From contig OX597841.1 in NCBI GenBank assembly GCA_951406725.2, positions 8,122,001 through 8,186,000 of the forward strand: 64,000 nucleotides of DNA. The letters are read 5' to 3'. Position numbers and translations under genes: made by a program. Positions 59,657-64,000 of the stretch are shown piece by piece. The DNA comes from Octopus vulgaris. Lineage: Eukaryota. Each line of letters starts with the position of its first letter. Position 1 is the stretch's first letter. The notes under the pieces are model-generated. The model saw only the letters and a list, made by a program, of their open reading frames with translations, had not been told where the DNA came from and searched no databases.

Positions 59657-60115
59657 TATTATATAAAAGAAATGTGACAGAGAGCTGTTTCAGGCAGAAT
59701 TCTTCATGGAATGGACAAGATGTATTTATTATCATGGCCCCAGCACTATAAATGTTACTGTCTATCATATGAACCTCTCTTCTACCCAGTATCATTGTTA
59801 ATTCAGAATAATATCTCCTGTCTTGAATAGATCATTTCTCCTTCAAATTTTGATGACCGTGTTTGTATGGCCAACATTCGAGATGGATCACCTTCTCTAC
59901 CATGGAGAGGTCGTGCCTTTGAGGACGGAAGGGGACGGAATAGAGAATAGTGTTTGTTACATAATAATATAACTAAGGGTTACCATTGTGACTGGATCAG
60001 GAAATGGTAATGGAGGATGGGGTTGGTAGGTGAGAATTGCGATATAAACAATGTCTGTTTCTGTCTGTCTTTCTCTGTCAGTTTGTCTATTTTACACACA
60101 CACAGACGCACAAAT

Positions 60116-60163
<48 letters not shown>

Positions 60164-60170
60164 GCACAAA

Positions 60171-60203
<33 letters not shown>

Positions 60204-60226
60204 TCACAAACAATGTGAAAACTTAC

Positions 60227-60439
60227 CTGATCTAACATGGTCATGTGCTCCACCTCTGAATGAAAGTTGTTTTCTCTTTTTAACGCCAGATGCAGGCAAT
60301 TATTTCCTCCATGTTCGACAACATTTACATTCGCGCCCCTGGCTATCAGCCGCTGCATTATTCCGAGGTGACCGTCCGAAACAGCTTCAAGCAATGGTGT
60401 CCTATATTCTTTGTTCACAATTTCTAAATTCACCGAATC
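60227..60439 (-). CDS. Ankyrin-repeat exon of the Mind-bomb (MIB2)-like gene (DSVNLEIVNKEYRTPLLEAVSDGHLGIMQRLIARGANVNVVEHGGNNCLHLALKR...MLDQ)
   Basis: ccacaaAG / GTaagt; 213 nt, phase 0-0; canonical ankyrin consensus (TPL..A...GH..+...L+..GA.VN.....G...LH.A). Upstream exons lie beyond the window. Confidence 0.93.
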
Positions 60440-60850
60440 CTTTGTGGAGGTAAAAATGGAAAATGAAAATTTACATGAAAATCAGGGTTGATATCAATGT
60501 CATTACAGTTTTCTACTGGGTACTAGATCAAACTGATCAAATACATTTGATGTTTGTCAGTGAAATAAATCTTCCATAAGGACCTTCTATAACCTGATAC
60601 ATGTGTGTGTTAGAGACATGATAAACATATTAAGATGTCCTACATTTGCCCCTCACTATAGTAAGTTGTAGGGCAACAGAACTAGAGTAAACACATGATT
60701 AGCAGATCAAGTCAAGTAAAGAAGAATTATAATTTCTAATGTTTACTTTTGACGTTGCTACATTAATAAGGGGTTCATAAAACTGCTGAGCCGGTTAGCG
60801 TCCACATGCATAAAACTAATGCGCACGCACGCACACACACACATAAACAT

Positions 60851-61345
60851 CAGTGTTACATATATAAATACATATAATGAATTGGGGAAACGGAGTTCAC
60901 GAAAATATGCATCACAACGACCGTTTCGACCCATCTTGCATCGGTCGCTTGCGGGTGGGCTACTATACATGTTGTGTTGCATCCTCCAGTGCAGATGCAT
61001 CTCATCGGGTACCTTGTTTTAATGTAAAGATACCTCACTAAATATATTCAGTTTCACTTGACATGTTGTTGCTAGAGCTTCTTGGATTACAACATGAGAG
61101 ACAACAGCCTTCTGGCAACAACAACATTCCAAGCGAAACCGAATATATTTACAGAGGTATCTTCTTTAAAAGAAGACACCCGATGACATGCATCTGCACC
61201 GGAGGATGTACCACAACCAGTTATACAATATCCTACCTGCAAGGGACCGATGCAAGATGGATTGAAACAATCGTTGCGATGAATAAAAATTCTCATTAAC
61301 TCCATTTTCTGCTTCCCTCATTCATTATAAACTGAACGAACACTG
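60851..61345. repeat. Diverged inverted repeat (~220-bp arms, ~45-nt loop), probable old MITE
   Basis: ccatcttgcatcggtc...gtgcagatgcatctcatcgggt pairs with acccgatgacatgcatctgcac...gaccgatgcaagatgg. Confidence 0.75.
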
Positions 61346-61499
61346 CAGAATACATGAGGTTAGATCCAGTGTCACTTATAGCTCAACTGTGGATGACATG
61401 AGGTAACCGAATCAGCGAAAGATCTTTAAGTAGCATACTTCTAAATGTATACACAAATTCCAAATATTTACAAATACACACGCACACACACACACACAT

Positions 61500-63370
61500 A
61501 CAGGGAAGATGATGCTTTGGACGGGAAGAATTACAGAGGTATCAAACTATTAGATGAAGCAATGAAAATTACAGAGAGGGTCACAGACAAAATAATTAGG
61601 ATGTGTGTTAGACCAGAAGAGATGCAATTTGGTTTTGTGCCACAGCGAAGCACCTCTGATGCTATATTCCTGGTAAGGCAGCTGCAGGAGAAGTACAAAG
61701 CCAAAGATAAACTCTTGTACTGGGCCTTTGTTAAACACGGAGAAAGGCTTTGACAGGATCCCTTGATCCCTTATTTGGCGGTCACTGCAAAAACTAGGGA
61801 TGGACGAATGGTTGGTGAGAGCGTTACAAGCCATGTACAGGGATGCTGTCAGTAAGGTGAGGTTTGGCATCGTGTGTAGCAATCAATTAGGGTACAAGTA
61901 GGGGTTCACCATGGATTAGTCCTCAGCTCCTTCCTGTTTATCAGAGTCCTCCAGGCAATAACTGAGGAATTTAAGATGAACTGCTTCTAGGAGATCCCCA
62001 ATGCTGATGACCTTGTTATCATAGCCGAATAACTTTCAGAACTAGGTAACGTTCAGTAAGGACTTGAATCAAAGGGCCTTAAACTTAGTCTAACAAAAAC
62101 CAGTCTTAGTAAGTAGGAAAGCGGACAATTCACAAATCCCCTTAGGAAGATGGCACTGTTCGATCTGTAGAAAAAGCGTAGGCAGGAAGTTCATAAGATG
62201 TGCCCAGTGTAAGGTATGGACACATAAGTGTTGCAGCAATATCAGAGGAAGGTTAACAGGGATAATAGTTTTTTCTGTGTGGAAGGTGCACAGGTACAAT
62301 AAACAGCACAAATGTAGAGAAAATAGAGCCCATCAATTGCCAGGTAGGTAAGCTACTGGGAGTTGATAGTTTCCGCCATCTAGGTGGCCAAGTCAGGAGT
62401 GTGGTTGGTTGTTCCTTGAGTGTAGCTGCAAGAATAAGAATAAGACGTGCAAAGTTCAGAGTAATCTTAACTCTAATGGTAACAAAGAGCGTCTCCCTGA
62501 GATTGAAAGGCAGACGTTATGATGCCTGTGTGTAAACAACTATGTTACATGTCAGTGAAACATGGGTTGTGACCTCTCTGAGGACTTCCATAGGCTTGAA
62601 AGAAATGAAGCCAGTATGCCTCGCTGGGTGTACAATGTCAGTGTGCATGTACGACAGAGTATGGGGGCCTTGAGAGAAAAGCTGGGCATTGGAGACATCA
62701 AATGGAGTGTGCAATGAGACGTCTGCGTTGGTATGGTCTTGCGATGTGTATGGACATGGACAGCTGTGTAAAAAGTGCCGATCTCTAACTGTGGAAGGAT
62801 CCTTTGGAAGACGGAGACCCAAGAAGACTTTCGATGAGTTGATGAAGAATGATCTCCAACCGTTGGACATCATGGAAGAGATGGCAAGTGACCGAGAGCC
62901 CTGCTGATATTCTCTGCAGGAGAGGACATGTCAGGCCAAGTGATGATAAGGATGTGGTCGTGCCAGTGTCCTATAAGTGGACACTTCCGTTCACTTCCGG
63001 TGCCATGTCAATGACACCTGGGTATCGTAATTGTGGCCACTGATGGTGCCATGTAAATTGGCACCTGGGAATTATCGTCGTTGGTGGTGCCATTTAAATG
63101 GCAACCATCCGTGAATCGTAGTCGTGGCCATTGTCGGTGTCATGCAAGTGGCACCGTGCCGGTGGCATGTGAAACGCCAATTACACACCTGGGGTGGTTG
63201 GCATTAGGATGGACATCAAGCTGTAGAAACCATGCCAAATCAGACAGGAACGTGGGGCAGCTCACCGACTCATAATCTCCTGTCAAACCAGCCGACACAT
63301 GCCAGTATGGTGAGTGGATGTTAAATGATGATAATGATGATGATGATGGTGATGATGATGATGGTGATAA
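61500..63370 (+). mobile_element. Degraded RTE-clade LINE (reverse transcriptase to 3' end)
   Basis: NYRGIKLL...EMQFGFVPQRSTSDAIFLVRQLQEKY...KA(F)D...ADDLVI, then a Cys-rich insert and GRRRPKKT; (GAT)n tail near 63330-63365. Confidence 0.9.
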
Positions 63371-63612
63371 CGCACAAACAAACACATAGACATACACAAA
63401 TATGAAAATAACAATCAAAACTATCATTGGTTAAAAATATATATATGTGTGTGTATATATATATATACATGTGTATATTTAGGGCTAAAAACAACTATGT
63501 GAACAGCCATGTGCTAGTAGATGATCACATACGATCTAACCATAAATCCATGCATCTCCAGTACATATATATATGTATGTATATGTCTCTCTCTCTATAT
63601 ATATATATAGAC

Positions 63613-63791
<179 letters not shown>

Positions 63792-63827
63792 GATAGAAAA
63801 GAGAGAGATAAACAGACAGACAGACAG

Positions 63828-63924
<97 letters not shown>

Positions 63925-64000
63925 AATAGATAGACACACACATCCATATATACATGGTTGTAGTGTAAGGAGCATTTTTCCAACCATACACGGTTCTACG

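Overview
AT-rich, microsatellite- and SINE-dense animal genomic DNA. The repeat families look like Octopus, but that is an inference. There is a 100-N scaffold gap at 20955-21054. Two spliced protein-coding genes can be reconstructed on the minus strand. (1) The last four exons of a p70 ribosomal S6 kinase (7708-7785, 5391-5498, 3446-3540, 397-604), including the turn and hydrophobic motifs; I found no upstream kinase exons in the window. (2) The 3' part of a Mind-bomb-like E3 ligase gene, whose splice phases all fit: ankyrin exons (60227-60439, 56526-56704), a RING exon with His replaced by Asp (47436-47578), two duplicated 51-nt mini-exons each encoding DNEVQTE (a dynein light chain LC8-type motif) with a dead third copy between them, and one ~4.9-kb terminal exon (35763-30897). 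That exon encodes six tandem ~250-300-aa NHL/TRIM-like beta-propeller units and carries a 1-nt frameshift near 31395. The rest is transposon debris: Penelope-like elements with inverted pLTRs and hammerhead ribozyme motifs (one near-intact at 43437-43482), CR1 and RTE LINEs, a satellite derived from a CR1 3' end, Tc1/mariner relics, non-autonomous Helitrons, two solo LTRs, fold-back MITEs, tRNA-derived SINEs and microsatellites. Most ORFs in the supplied track are microsatellite artefacts.
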